Origin: Brevibacterium luteolum
Lineage (GTDB): Bacteria; Actinomycetota; Actinomycetes; Actinomycetales; Brevibacteriaceae
Assembly (NCBI RefSeq): GCF_013004595.1
Contig: NZ_JABEMC010000001.1
Span: 496,001 to 560,000 of the forward strand
DNA: 64,000 nucleotides
Direction: 5' to 3'
The translations under genes and the position numbers were made by a program. This document shows, piece by piece, positions 32,874-42,078 of the stretch. Every line of letters begins with the position of its first letter. Position 1 is the stretch's first letter. Below the pieces are notes generated by a model. It saw only the letters and a list, made by a program, of their open reading frames with translations. It was not told the DNA's origin and did no database searches.

Positions 32874-34082
32874 ATGCTCACCGTCCTTCTGCTCGCCGGC
32901 GCCCTCGTCGCCGCCTGGGCGCTGTTCGCCCGCGTGCTCGGCCGCTGGCATGTCATGGGCCCGCTGGCCATGGCGATCGGCGGTGCGGCTGCGGGCATCT
33001 TCATCACCGACAAGGTCGGCTTCGGGCTCTTCCTCAACTCCAACGCCGCAGAGCGCATCGCCGAACTCGTCCTCGCTCTCGTCCTCTTCGTCGACGCCAC
33101 CGAGGTCCGCCTCGGGGCGATGAAGGCCGTGCGCGGTCCGGTGCTGCGGCTGCTGTTCATCGCGCTGCCGATCAGCATGTTCCTGGCCTGGATGTTCGCC
33201 TCGGTGCTGCTTCCGGATCTCAGCCTCGCCGTCACTCTGGCGATCGCCTGCATCATTGTGCCCGTCGACTTCTCACCGGTGACCTCGATCGTCAAGGACA
33301 CCTCCATCCCGCAGCGGCTGCGCCATATCCTCAACCTCGAAAGCGGCTACAACGACGGCATCATCACCCCGCTGCTCCTCTTCGCCCTCGCACTCGCCGG
33401 CGACGCGAAACGCGGCGGGCCCGGTGCCGCCCTGGGCCAGGCGATCCCGGCCTTCCTCATTGCCGTTGCCGTCGGCCCCGTCGTCGGCGTCGCCTACGCG
33501 GTGCTGGCCAATGCCAGCGGCCGCCGCGGCTGGTTCAGCGCCCAGTCGATGCGCATCGGCCTGGTCGCGGTGCCGCTGCTGACCTACGCGCTGGCCGTGA
33601 CCCTGCACGGCAACGGCTTCATCGCCGCCTTCGTCGCCGGCACTGTCTTCCGCATGCTGCGGCGCACCCGCGAACTGCACGAGGAGCTGTCCTTGGCCGA
33701 GGACATCAGCGTCATCAACAACATGGTGCTGTGGTTCGTGCTCGGCGCCACCGTCATCTTCATCGGCCAGGTCCTCGAGACCATCTGGCCGATACTGCTG
33801 CTGGTTGCCCTCGCCCTCACCGTCATCCGCATGGGACCAGTCTTGCTGAGCCTGCTCGGAACAGCGCTGCCCGGCCATGAGCGCCTGCTCATCGCCACTC
33901 TCTGCCCGCGCGGTACTGCCTCGGTCGTCTTCGGCCTGCTGGCCTTCAACGCCATCGACGACATCGACAGCGCAGCCCTCGTCTTAGCGGTCACCGTATT
34001 CATGCTCGGCGGCAGCGTGCTGCTGCACGGTCTCGGAACTCAGCCGCTGCTCCGCGTGCTGGTGCCCAGCGCCAAGCGCTGA
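32874..34082 (+). CDS. Cation:proton antiporter (CPA1/NhaP family)
   Basis: About 12 TMs, LNLESGYNDG, PRGTASVVF. Confidence 0.9.
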   Translation: MLTVLLLAGALVAAWALFARVLGRWHVMGPLAMAIGGAAAGIFITDKVGFGLFLNSNAAERIAELVLALVLFVDATEVRLGAMKAVRGPVLRLLFIALPISMFLAWMFASVLLPDLSLAVTLAIACIIVPVDFSPVTSIVKDTSIPQRLRHILNLESGYNDGIITPLLLFALALAGDAKRGGPGAALGQAIPAFLIAVAVGPVVGVAYAVLANASGRRGWFSAQSMRIGLVAVPLLTYALAVTLHGNGFIAAFVAGTVFRMLRRTRELHEELSLAEDISVINNMVLWFVLGATVIFIGQVLETIWPILLLVALALTVIRMGPVLLSLLGTALPGHERLLIATLCPRGTASVVFGLLAFNAIDDIDSAALVLAVTVFMLGGSVLLHGLGTQPLLRVLVPSAKR

Positions 34083-34188
34083 ATCGTGCTGGGGCGACCG
34101 CTCCCGAGGAGGAAATCGCCTTCTCCTCGGGCGCTGACCGGAGCCTGGGCTCAGCTGCCAAATCTGCATCTTCCCAGGTGAGCGTGCG

Positions 34189-34211
34189 TTGTCAGTGCCT
34201 CAACGTAGCGT
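34189..34211 (+). promoter_or_regulatory. PafBC/RecA-NDp-type DNA-damage promoter
   Basis: tTGTCAGtg-N8-TAGCGT, then ATG 7 nt downstream. Confidence 0.7.
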
Positions 34212-34218
34212 ATGGGGT

Positions 34219-35661
34219 ATGAAGAGGACTCGTCGTGGAGAGCCGCTCGATGCCATGGACATCGAGGGCCTCATCTTGGCGTTTTCCCAAGCTCCGACGC
34301 TGGTCGACGATACTGAGGCCTTCGAGCGGATGAACCAGGCCGAGCGCCTCAAAGCAGCGATCACTGCCTACCAGGTGCGAGAGACCGACGCGGCGATTGA
34401 CCGCCGCTTCGTCACCGAGAAGGCCGCCGGCGTTCCCGCCCATCGTCGCTGCCGCGGGTTCGGCGCCGAGGTCGCGCTCGCCCGGCAGGAATCCCCCTCC
34501 CGGGGCAGCCGGTTCGCGAAGTTCGCCCAGGTGCTCATGCGCGAAATGCCCTGCACCTTCCGGGCTTTGGAAACAGGAGAGATCTCCGAAGAGAAAGCAC
34601 GAGCCGTCTTCCGGGAGGTCGCGTGGCTGCCGTCCCATCTGCGCAACTCGATCGATGCCCAGTTGCAGGAGCTCTTCGCCGGCACCGGCCTCAAGCGCCT
34701 GGCCGGAGAAGCCCGCCGCATGGCGCAGCACGGGGATCCCGCAGCAACCGTCGAGCACATGGAGTACGAGGAGAAGCAGCGGCACATCTCCGTCCGACCG
34801 GCACCGGGGAACATGGCGTATCTGACCGCCTTCGTTCCGATGCCGCAAGCCGTGGCAGCCTATGCGGCCCTGCAGAAGGCTGCCTCTGTGATGGTCGGCA
34901 CGGGCGAATCAGGCGAGCGCACGGGAGCGCAGATGGCCGCCGACCTCTTCATCACCCGCCTGACGGGCCAAGAATCCGCGACCGACATCTCCGTCGAAAT
35001 CCAGCTCATCATGACCGACGAGGCTCTCATCAGCGACGGTACGATTCCCGCCTGGCTGCCCGGTCATGGGCCGCTCCCTGCCGCGTTCACGCGCCGACTC
35101 CTGGAGAACAGCTCTGGTGCGGTCTACCTGCGGCGTCTCTTCACCCAGCCCGAGACCGGGCAGCTCGTGGCGATGGACTCCAAGCGCCGGACCTTCAATG
35201 ATGGGCTGCGGCGGATGGTCATCTGCCGTGACGATGTGTGCCGGTCACCGTGGTGTGATGCACCGATTCGCCATATCGACCATGCCACTCCGCACGCCGC
35301 CGGTGGTGCGACGAGCTGGGCGAACGCCTCTGGACTGTGCGCGGCCTGCAACTACGCCAAGGAGAATCCCGGCTGGCGGCATACCGCGACCCCTGATTCG
35401 CTGACGGTGCGCACGCCGTCAGGCCAGGAGTACACGAGCAGGACCATCCCGATCACGTCTCCGGCGAAATCACCGGTGGCCAAGGATCCGGAGACCACCG
35501 CATCACAGGCCAGGGGAGAGAAGCGCGGCCGGGACGGTCGTCATCGCGACGGTCCGCGCACCAAGGTTCCGGCCGACGCAGGTGAGACAGAGGCAAACAC
35601 CCTGCGGAGCACCATCGAATGTTCGATGGCCGACCTCATCATCGACTTGTCGGCGGCGTGA
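34219..35661 (+). CDS. DUF222 / HNH endonuclease (13E12-like family)
   Basis: EVALARQES..., RRLFT.P, RD..CRSPWCDAPIRHIDH...GG.T...N...LCAACNYAKE. Confidence 0.9.
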   Translation: MKRTRRGEPLDAMDIEGLILAFSQAPTLVDDTEAFERMNQAERLKAAITAYQVRETDAAIDRRFVTEKAAGVPAHRRCRGFGAEVALARQESPSRGSRFAKFAQVLMREMPCTFRALETGEISEEKARAVFREVAWLPSHLRNSIDAQLQELFAGTGLKRLAGEARRMAQHGDPAATVEHMEYEEKQRHISVRPAPGNMAYLTAFVPMPQAVAAYAALQKAASVMVGTGESGERTGAQMAADLFITRLTGQESATDISVEIQLIMTDEALISDGTIPAWLPGHGPLPAAFTRRLLENSSGAVYLRRLFTQPETGQLVAMDSKRRTFNDGLRRMVICRDDVCRSPWCDAPIRHIDHATPHAAGGATSWANASGLCAACNYAKENPGWRHTATPDSLTVRTPSGQEYTSRTIPITSPAKSPVAKDPETTASQARGEKRGRDGRHRDGPRTKVPADAGETEANTLRSTIECSMADLIIDLSAA

Positions 35662-35728
35662 CAAGCCGGCGCGGTATTGGAAGCTCGTGTCGGCGATTCC
35701 AGCGAGCAGCCGCTTCGGCTGCTTCGGC

Positions 35729-37543
35729 TCACGCCAGCGTGTCCTGCCAGGCTGAGTACATCCGCCCGAATCGGCTGTCACCGTGAATGAGCTCTGCCGG
35801 TGTGCCATCTTCAACAACCCGGCCGGCGTCCATGACGAGTACCCGGTCGGCGATCTCAACCGTCGACAGGCGGTGGGCGATGATGATCGCAGTACGCCCT
35901 TCGAGCACACGCGCCAGCGCCTGCTGGATGAGACGCTCGGAGGGGATATCGAGGTGTGCGGTCGCCTCATCAAGGACAATGACATCAGGATCGGCGAGGA
36001 ACACACGGGCGAACGACACCAGCTGCCGCTGCCCAGAGCTCAGCCGGCCGCCGCGCTTCTTCACATCCGTGTCGTAACCCTCCGGCAGGCTGCGCACATA
36101 CGGATCCAGGCCCACCGCCTCGGCAGCGGCGAGCACCTGTGCATCAGTGGCATCGGGGTTTCCGATGCGGATGTTGTCAGCGATCGTGCCGGAGAACAGA
36201 TACGACTCCTGCGTCACCATCACCAGCGACTCACGCAGCCTGGCATCAGCAAGGTCGCGCACATCGACACCGTCAAGCCGCACGGCACCGGTGGTCGGGT
36301 CGTACATGCGGGTCAGCAGCTTCACCAGAGTCGACTTGCCGGCACCGGTGGCGCCGACGACAGCGACGATCTGCCCGGCAGGGATCTCCAGGTCGAAGGC
36401 CGGCAGCACCTCGGGCTCCTCGGCGTCGTAGGAGAAGCTGACATCGTCGAAGGCAATCGACCGGCCGGTGCCGACGCGGCGCTCAGGCAGCGGCTGCGGA
36501 TCGGCAGGTTCCTGAACGTCGGGTTCGGCATCGAGGACGGCGGTGATCTTCTCCAGTGCCGCCGAGGCTGACTGGTAGAGGGTGAAGGACTGCACGAGCT
36601 CGTCGAGCGGGCCGTAGAAGCGGCGCAGGTACAGCAGGAACGCCGCGAGCACGCCGAGCTGCGTCTGCCCGTTGATGACGAGCCAGCCGCCGAGCAGGAT
36701 GATCCCAGCCTGGGAGAGGTTGCCGATAAGCTTCGTGCCGCCGGCGAAGGTCGCCACCCCGTTGAGCGCATCGGTGTTGGCCTGAGCGTATTCGGAGTCC
36801 TCACCGGTCAGGCGCTGCAGCCCTGGGCGCTGACGGCGGAAGGACTGGACGGCACGGATGCCTCCCATGGTTTCGACGAACTGGACGATGACCCGGGCGA
36901 TCGAAGTGCGGGTCCGGCGGTAGGCCGAGCGCTGCTTGCGGCGCGCATAGATCGTCAGCAGCACCAGCGGGATGAACCCGGCGAAGGCCACGAGCGCCAG
37001 CGGCACATTGAGCACCACGAGGGTGACCGCGATCGCCGACATCGTCAGCAGTGCGAGCACCACCTGGTCGAGTGCCTGGGAGACGAACTGCTGGACGGAT
37101 TCCATATCCGAGGTCTGCCGGGAGACGAGCCGGCCGGAGGTCGAACGCTCGTGGTAGCGCATATCGAGCCGCTGCACATGCCTGAACAGGCGTCCGCGCA
37201 GGTCGAAGAGGATCTTCTGGCTGAGTTTGCCGTTGAGCCGGATGCTCAGCCAGCTTGCTGCGGCATCGAGGATGCCGGCAGCAGCAACAGCGGAGATCGC
37301 GAAGATGAGCGGGCGGACGTTGCCATCCAGGGCAGCCGGCAGGCCGTCGTCGATCGCGCGGGCGACGAAGAAGGGACCTGCCACCGACATGATGCCGCCG
37401 ACAACAGTCGAGATCATGAGTATGACCGCCAGCGGCACATGCGGGCGCAGCAGCGAGCCGAGCAGGCGGCTGGCCCTCCGGGAGATATCAGGCGGGAGCT
37501 GCTCGATCTCCGGATCGACAGCCGCATCAGGCTTCACGGACAT
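35729..37543 (-). CDS. ABC exporter, fused TMD + NBD
   Basis: GATGAGKST, LSSGQRQL, LDEAT. Confidence 0.95.
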   Translation of the reverse strand: MSVKPDAAVDPEIEQLPPDISRRASRLLGSLLRPHVPLAVILMISTVVGGIMSVAGPFFVARAIDDGLPAALDGNVRPLIFAISAVAAAGILDAAASWLSIRLNGKLSQKILFDLRGRLFRHVQRLDMRYHERSTSGRLVSRQTSDMESVQQFVSQALDQVVLALLTMSAIAVTLVVLNVPLALVAFAGFIPLVLLTIYARRKQRSAYRRTRTSIARVIVQFVETMGGIRAVQSFRRQRPGLQRLTGEDSEYAQANTDALNGVATFAGGTKLIGNLSQAGIILLGGWLVINGQTQLGVLAAFLLYLRRFYGPLDELVQSFTLYQSASAALEKITAVLDAEPDVQEPADPQPLPERRVGTGRSIAFDDVSFSYDAEEPEVLPAFDLEIPAGQIVAVVGATGAGKSTLVKLLTRMYDPTTGAVRLDGVDVRDLADARLRESLVMVTQESYLFSGTIADNIRIGNPDATDAQVLAAAEAVGLDPYVRSLPEGYDTDVKKRGGRLSSGQRQLVSFARVFLADPDVIVLDEATAHLDIPSERLIQQALARVLEGRTAIIIAHRLSTVEIADRVLVMDAGRVVEDGTPAELIHGDSRFGRMYSAWQDTLA

Positions 37544-39387
37544 CAGCGCACCTCCTCAGATTCGGATACCGACTTAGACTCAGCCTCAGTAACGGACACG
37601 GGCTCGGGCTCAGCCTCCGCCGCTGCATGGGAGCTGGCTCCCATGAGGTCGCGGTAGTGACGGTTGCGGGCCAGCAGCTCATCATGCGTGCCGGTATCGG
37701 TGATCCGGCCGTCCTCGAGCACCGCCACCCGGTCGGCCAGTGCCGCGGTCGAGGGCCGGTGTGCGATGACGAGCGTGGTCGAATCACCGAGCACCTGCCG
37801 CAGCGCAGTCTGCACCCGATCCTCCGTGTCGACATCGACGGCTGAGAGCGGGTCGTCGAGAACGAGGACGCGCGGCTTGCCGATGACCGCCCGGGCCAGG
37901 GCCAGGCGCTGACGCTGCCCGCCGGACAGGGACAGTCCCTGCTCACCGACCTCGGTGTCGAGACCATCAGGCAGCCGCCGCACGAAGTCGGCAGCGCACG
38001 CGATCTCGAGCGCCTGCCACACTTCGGCGTCGACATCAGACTCGCCAGCCACCGCCTCGGCGTCGGCATGCTTGAGCCCCATGGCGACGTTCTCGCGCAC
38101 GGTCGCAGAGAACAGCACCGGGTCTTCGAAGGCGACTGAGACGATGCGGCGCAGTTCGTTGATCCGGAAGTCGCGCAGGTCCGCGCCGTCGATCGTGATT
38201 GACCCGGCGGTGACGTCCTGCAGGCGCGGCAGCAGCGCGGCCAGCGCAGTCTTGCCGCTACCGGTCGACCCGACGAGCGCGAGCGTCTCACCGGGGGCGA
38301 TGTCAAGGGTGATGTCGGCAAGGATCGGCTCGGCAGCATCGGCGAACTGGTACTGGACGGCCTCGAAGCGGATGTGGCCGGCGTAGTCGTGCGGCTGCGG
38401 GTCCTCACTGATGTCACCGTCGGGGTCGGTGATGTCGAAGGGCAGGTCCATGACCTCCCAGTAGCGGTTGGCAGCGGTGAGCGACATGAGCAGGTCGGCA
38501 AGCAGGTAGCCGCTCATCTCGATCGGCATGCGCAGGAACATCGTCACCGTCATCGCGGCGATGATCTGCCCGACCGTCATCCAGCCGCCGATGACACCCC
38601 AAGTGCCCACAGCCAGGATCGCGGTGAGCGCGAGCACCGGCAGCATGATCGCCGCCCCGAACATCCACGAATCGACATACGCCTTCGTCAGCTCGAAGCC
38701 GCGCAGGCGTTCGGAGAGCACCCGGAACCGGGAGGCCGCCCACGGGGAGCGGCCGAAGGCCTTGAGGATGCGGATGCCCTGGACGGCCTCCTCGACGTCG
38801 GTGGCGATCTCACCCATCGTGTCCTGGGCGCTGCGCGAGGCCAGCCGGTAGCGGCGTTCGAGGGCCGCGATCGCAGTGATCGTCGGGATGGCCGCGCCGA
38901 TCGCGATGAGCCCGAAGTACGGGTGCAGGGAGGCGAGGATCAACCCGCCGCCGATGACGATGAGCGGGCTGGCGACGAGGAACTGCAGGCCGAAGGCGAA
39001 GAACCGCCGCAGCTGGGACAGGTCGTTGACCGCGCGCGAGAGCAGCTGACCGGCCGGCCAGCCGTCGTGGACGCCGACGGCGACATACTGCAGCCGGTCG
39101 TACAGGCGCTCACGCCACAGCACTTCCCACCGGGAGGTGACCGGCGCGATGAGCCGGCGGCGCAGCCACACGGCCACGGCCTCGGCGACGCCGAGGGCGA
39201 GGATGGCCAGCAGCGGACCGAGCATGGCGGTGAAGTCGCCGCGCGCAATCGGGCCGTCGACGATCCAGCCGGTGATGAGCGGCACGAGCAGCGCCAACCC
39301 CATTGAGGCAAGCGTGAGGACGAAGACGAAGAGGTAGGTACCCAGGCGCGCTCGAACGTCGGGCCAGAATCTCCACAGTGAGCGCAT
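37543..39387 (-). CDS. ABC exporter, fused TMD + NBD (heterodimer partner)
   Basis: GSTGSGKT, LSGGQRQR, degenerate Walker B LDDP; coupled to the downstream gene. Confidence 0.95.
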   Translation of the reverse strand: MRSLWRFWPDVRARLGTYLFVFVLTLASMGLALLVPLITGWIVDGPIARGDFTAMLGPLLAILALGVAEAVAVWLRRRLIAPVTSRWEVLWRERLYDRLQYVAVGVHDGWPAGQLLSRAVNDLSQLRRFFAFGLQFLVASPLIVIGGGLILASLHPYFGLIAIGAAIPTITAIAALERRYRLASRSAQDTMGEIATDVEEAVQGIRILKAFGRSPWAASRFRVLSERLRGFELTKAYVDSWMFGAAIMLPVLALTAILAVGTWGVIGGWMTVGQIIAAMTVTMFLRMPIEMSGYLLADLLMSLTAANRYWEVMDLPFDITDPDGDISEDPQPHDYAGHIRFEAVQYQFADAAEPILADITLDIAPGETLALVGSTGSGKTALAALLPRLQDVTAGSITIDGADLRDFRINELRRIVSVAFEDPVLFSATVRENVAMGLKHADAEAVAGESDVDAEVWQALEIACAADFVRRLPDGLDTEVGEQGLSLSGGQRQRLALARAVIGKPRVLVLDDPLSAVDVDTEDRVQTALRQVLGDSTTLVIAHRPSTAALADRVAVLEDGRITDTGTHDELLARNRHYRDLMGASSHAAAEAEPEPVSVTEAESKSVSESEEVR

Positions 39388-39526
39388 GATTCATCAGCCT
39401 AGTGCAGAATCGGGCGGTTGCATGGCCGGCCAGGCATCTTTCTCTGCCAGCTCAATCCGCTCATCTGCCGAGTTCAGCGACCATGGGCTGCCGCAACCGA
39501 GGTGGGAGTCGGCTACGCTGTCGGGC

Positions 39527-40567
39527 ATGGTCTCCGACGCTGTCACCCGGGTGCGCCTGCACGTTGCGCCGTGCACGCAGATCATCCCGTTCTGGCACAT
39601 CGACACGCCTGGCGGCACGGCGGCTGAGATCCGGCTGCGCGCCGCGCCCGAGGCGGGGGCTGGGTTTTCATCGTGGGTGAGCCTGGCTCGGTGGTCGAGC
39701 GCCGAACCGGGAGTGTCGACGACGCTGCCGGATCAGCATGTGCACGGGCTGCGCACCGACGCCGACACGGTCACCGTCGAGACCACCGAGCTCGGCGGGT
39801 CCGCTCGTGTCGTCGACCTTGAGGTCCGTGCGGTGCCGGTCGCCGAGGTGCCAGTCGCCGAGGCCAACCCGGCTGCCGCCTCGGGTGCGGAGACCATCAC
39901 TGTGCACTGGATCGATGCGCTCACCGGCCCCGCCGCTCCGCCGCGTTCCGAGATCACCGCCTCGGCTCCCGGCGGGCGCGACATCGACCACCGGCTGCCG
40001 GCGATCAGTCAGCACGCCTGCGGAACGCTTGAGGGCTATGCGCAGGCTGACAGCTGGTGCTCGCCGACGGCGCTGACGATGGTGATGGAATGGCTCACCG
40101 GAACACGCGCAGGTGCCGACATTGCTGGCACCGACGTCGCTGATCGGCCGGCGAATGAGGACGCACCAGCCCGGGTGCAGCCGGCGATCCTGGGCGTGTG
40201 GGATACCGAGTTCGCCGGAGCAGGCAACTGGGCATTCAACGTCGCCTGGGCGAATACCTGCGGATTCGACGCCCGGCTCGATGCGCTCGCCTCCTTACGC
40301 GAGGCCGAAGAGCTGCTCGCAGCCGGCGAGGTGCTCATCGCCTCGGTGACGTTCACAACCGAGCAGCTGCCTGAGGCCGGCTACCCGACCAACGGGCACC
40401 TGCTCATCATCTCCGGCGTCACCGCTGAGGGTGACGTCCGCGTCCACGACCCCGGCCGGGCGATCGCCGACGGAGTGCGCACGGTCTACCCGCGGGAGGC
40501 CTTCGAGAAGGCCTGGCTGTCAGCCGAGGGGTCAGGCGGGCTCGTCTACCGCATCCGCAATCGCTGA
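39527..40567 (+). CDS. C39-like cysteine peptidase
   Basis: SQH..WCSPTA (Cys), GNWAFN, NGHLLII (His), VHDP (Asp); TACGCT 7 nt before ATG. Confidence 0.85.
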   Translation: MVSDAVTRVRLHVAPCTQIIPFWHIDTPGGTAAEIRLRAAPEAGAGFSSWVSLARWSSAEPGVSTTLPDQHVHGLRTDADTVTVETTELGGSARVVDLEVRAVPVAEVPVAEANPAAASGAETITVHWIDALTGPAAPPRSEITASAPGGRDIDHRLPAISQHACGTLEGYAQADSWCSPTALTMVMEWLTGTRAGADIAGTDVADRPANEDAPARVQPAILGVWDTEFAGAGNWAFNVAWANTCGFDARLDALASLREAEELLAAGEVLIASVTFTTEQLPEAGYPTNGHLLIISGVTAEGDVRVHDPGRAIADGVRTVYPREAFEKAWLSAEGSGGLVYRIRNR

Positions 40568-40625
40568 TCCTCGTTCCGTTGACCTGCGCCCGGCTCGCCC
40601 TCAGCGACGGTGCCATCTGCCGAGT

Positions 40626-41864
40626 TCAGCTGACGCGGCGCAGCCGCACGACGACCTCCGCATGGGCGGTGTGCGGGAACATATCGAGCATCCGTGCCGC
40701 CTCCACCCGGTAGCTCGGCATCTGCTTGAGATCTCTTGCCAGGGTCACGGGGTTGCAGCTGGAGTAGATGACATCGGCGACCCCGGAGTCCTCCAGCCAC
40801 GCGGCCAGCGCCCCGATCCCGCGCCTAGGCGGATTCACCACCACGACATCGGGCAGCTCACCTGCCTGGCCCTGTTCGGCGGCCCAGCCGGCAGCATCGG
40901 CGACATGGAAATCGGCGGTGAGCCCCGCCTCGGCGGCGGCCGCCTGCGCTGAGGCGATCGCCTCCGCTGAGACCTCCACCCCGGTCACCGCGCGCCCGGG
41001 TGCGGCGACGTGGAGGGCGAACCCGCCGACCCCGCAGTACAGATCCCACACCCGCAGACCCGCAGCCTGCTCGCCAGCCGAACCGGCGTCCCGGGACGCC
41101 ACGATCTCATTGACCCACGCGGCGACCTGCTCGTAGAGCTGGCCGGCGACCGCTGTGTTCGTCTGCACGAACGAGCGCGGCAGCACCTGCAGCGTCACCC
41201 GGCCCTGGCGCATCGGCAGGTGCCGATCCCCGGCGATGTGGATCTCCTCGGCACCTTCGAGCACCGCCGAATGCTGCGGGTGGATGTTCGCACTCACCAC
41301 CCGCACCCCGTCGACCGCATCGGTGAGCACGCTCAGATGCTCGCGGATCCGGGGGACCGGCTTGGGCGTGCGCAGCACGAAGCGGACCATGAGCTCACTG
41401 TCGGCAGAGACCGTGACGATGATGTGCTTGAGCTCCCCGCGCCGGCGCGTGACGTCATAGGGGGGAATCTGCGCGCGCCGGATGAGCGCCGGCACGGCAT
41501 CGAGCAGCCGGAGAACCGAAGCGGGATACAGCGGGCAGTCGCGCAGATCGATCCCGGCACCGGTCTCGTCGAGGATGCCGAGGATCGGGTCGTTGACGGT
41601 GCCGGAGACGACCATCTTCGCCTTGTTGCGGAACCCGGCATCCGGGCCGGTGACCGGCGGCAGCCAGCGGATGCCGGCCGCCTCGCCCGAGGCGTCGGCT
41701 GGGGCCGTGCCCGACGTGTCGGCAGGGGCCGTGCCCGAGGCGGTGGTGGCCTCCGTCAGCAGGCGCGCGATCTCATCCTGCGAACGCTGCACCCGGACCG
41801 GAGAGGGCAGCGGCAGGAGGGTGCAGGACCGGCATCGACCGGCATCGTAATGAGCGCATTCCAT
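40626..41864 (-). CDS. rlmC: 23S rRNA m5U methyltransferase (RlmC/RumB-like)
   Basis: N-terminal C..C..C, FRNKAKM, SFVQTN, DLYCGVG, NPPRRG, YSSCNP, DMFPHT. Confidence 0.9.
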   Translation of the reverse strand: MECAHYDAGRCRSCTLLPLPSPVRVQRSQDEIARLLTEATTASGTAPADTSGTAPADASGEAAGIRWLPPVTGPDAGFRNKAKMVVSGTVNDPILGILDETGAGIDLRDCPLYPASVLRLLDAVPALIRRAQIPPYDVTRRRGELKHIIVTVSADSELMVRFVLRTPKPVPRIREHLSVLTDAVDGVRVVSANIHPQHSAVLEGAEEIHIAGDRHLPMRQGRVTLQVLPRSFVQTNTAVAGQLYEQVAAWVNEIVASRDAGSAGEQAAGLRVWDLYCGVGGFALHVAAPGRAVTGVEVSAEAIASAQAAAAEAGLTADFHVADAAGWAAEQGQAGELPDVVVVNPPRRGIGALAAWLEDSGVADVIYSSCNPVTLARDLKQMPSYRVEAARMLDMFPHTAHAEVVVRLRRVS

Positions 41865-41947
41865 CGCTGCAATCATAGTCGTCCCACCAGGCGGACGTTA
41901 CCGGCCGGCATTTGACATGCCCATCGCTGACGGGAATGATGGGGGTC

Positions 41948-41998
41948 ATGAGCAACATTCTCGTCGTCCTCATTATGCAGCGCGCGGTTCACCCGTAA
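41948..41998 (+). CDS. ilvB leader peptide [16 protein letters not shown]
   Basis: Run of Ile-Leu-Val-Val-Leu-Ile codons upstream of a terminator and ilvB. Confidence 0.85.
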   Translation: MSNILVVLIMQRAVHP

Positions 41999-42022
41999 GC
42001 TGTCGCTTGACGACGATCCGCG

Positions 42023-42055
42023 CGCCCCATACCGATCCGGTACGGGGCGTTTTTT
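42023..42055 (+). terminator. ilvBNC attenuator terminator
   Basis: cgccccataccg-atc-cggtacggggcg-tttttt. Confidence 0.9.
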
Positions 42056-42078
42056 ATGACCAGACCAAAGGAGTCTCC

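Noticed and set aside
41917..42078. N-terminal extension of IlvB in the ORF track
   Set aside because: This region holds the attenuator; the RBS supports GTG 42079.
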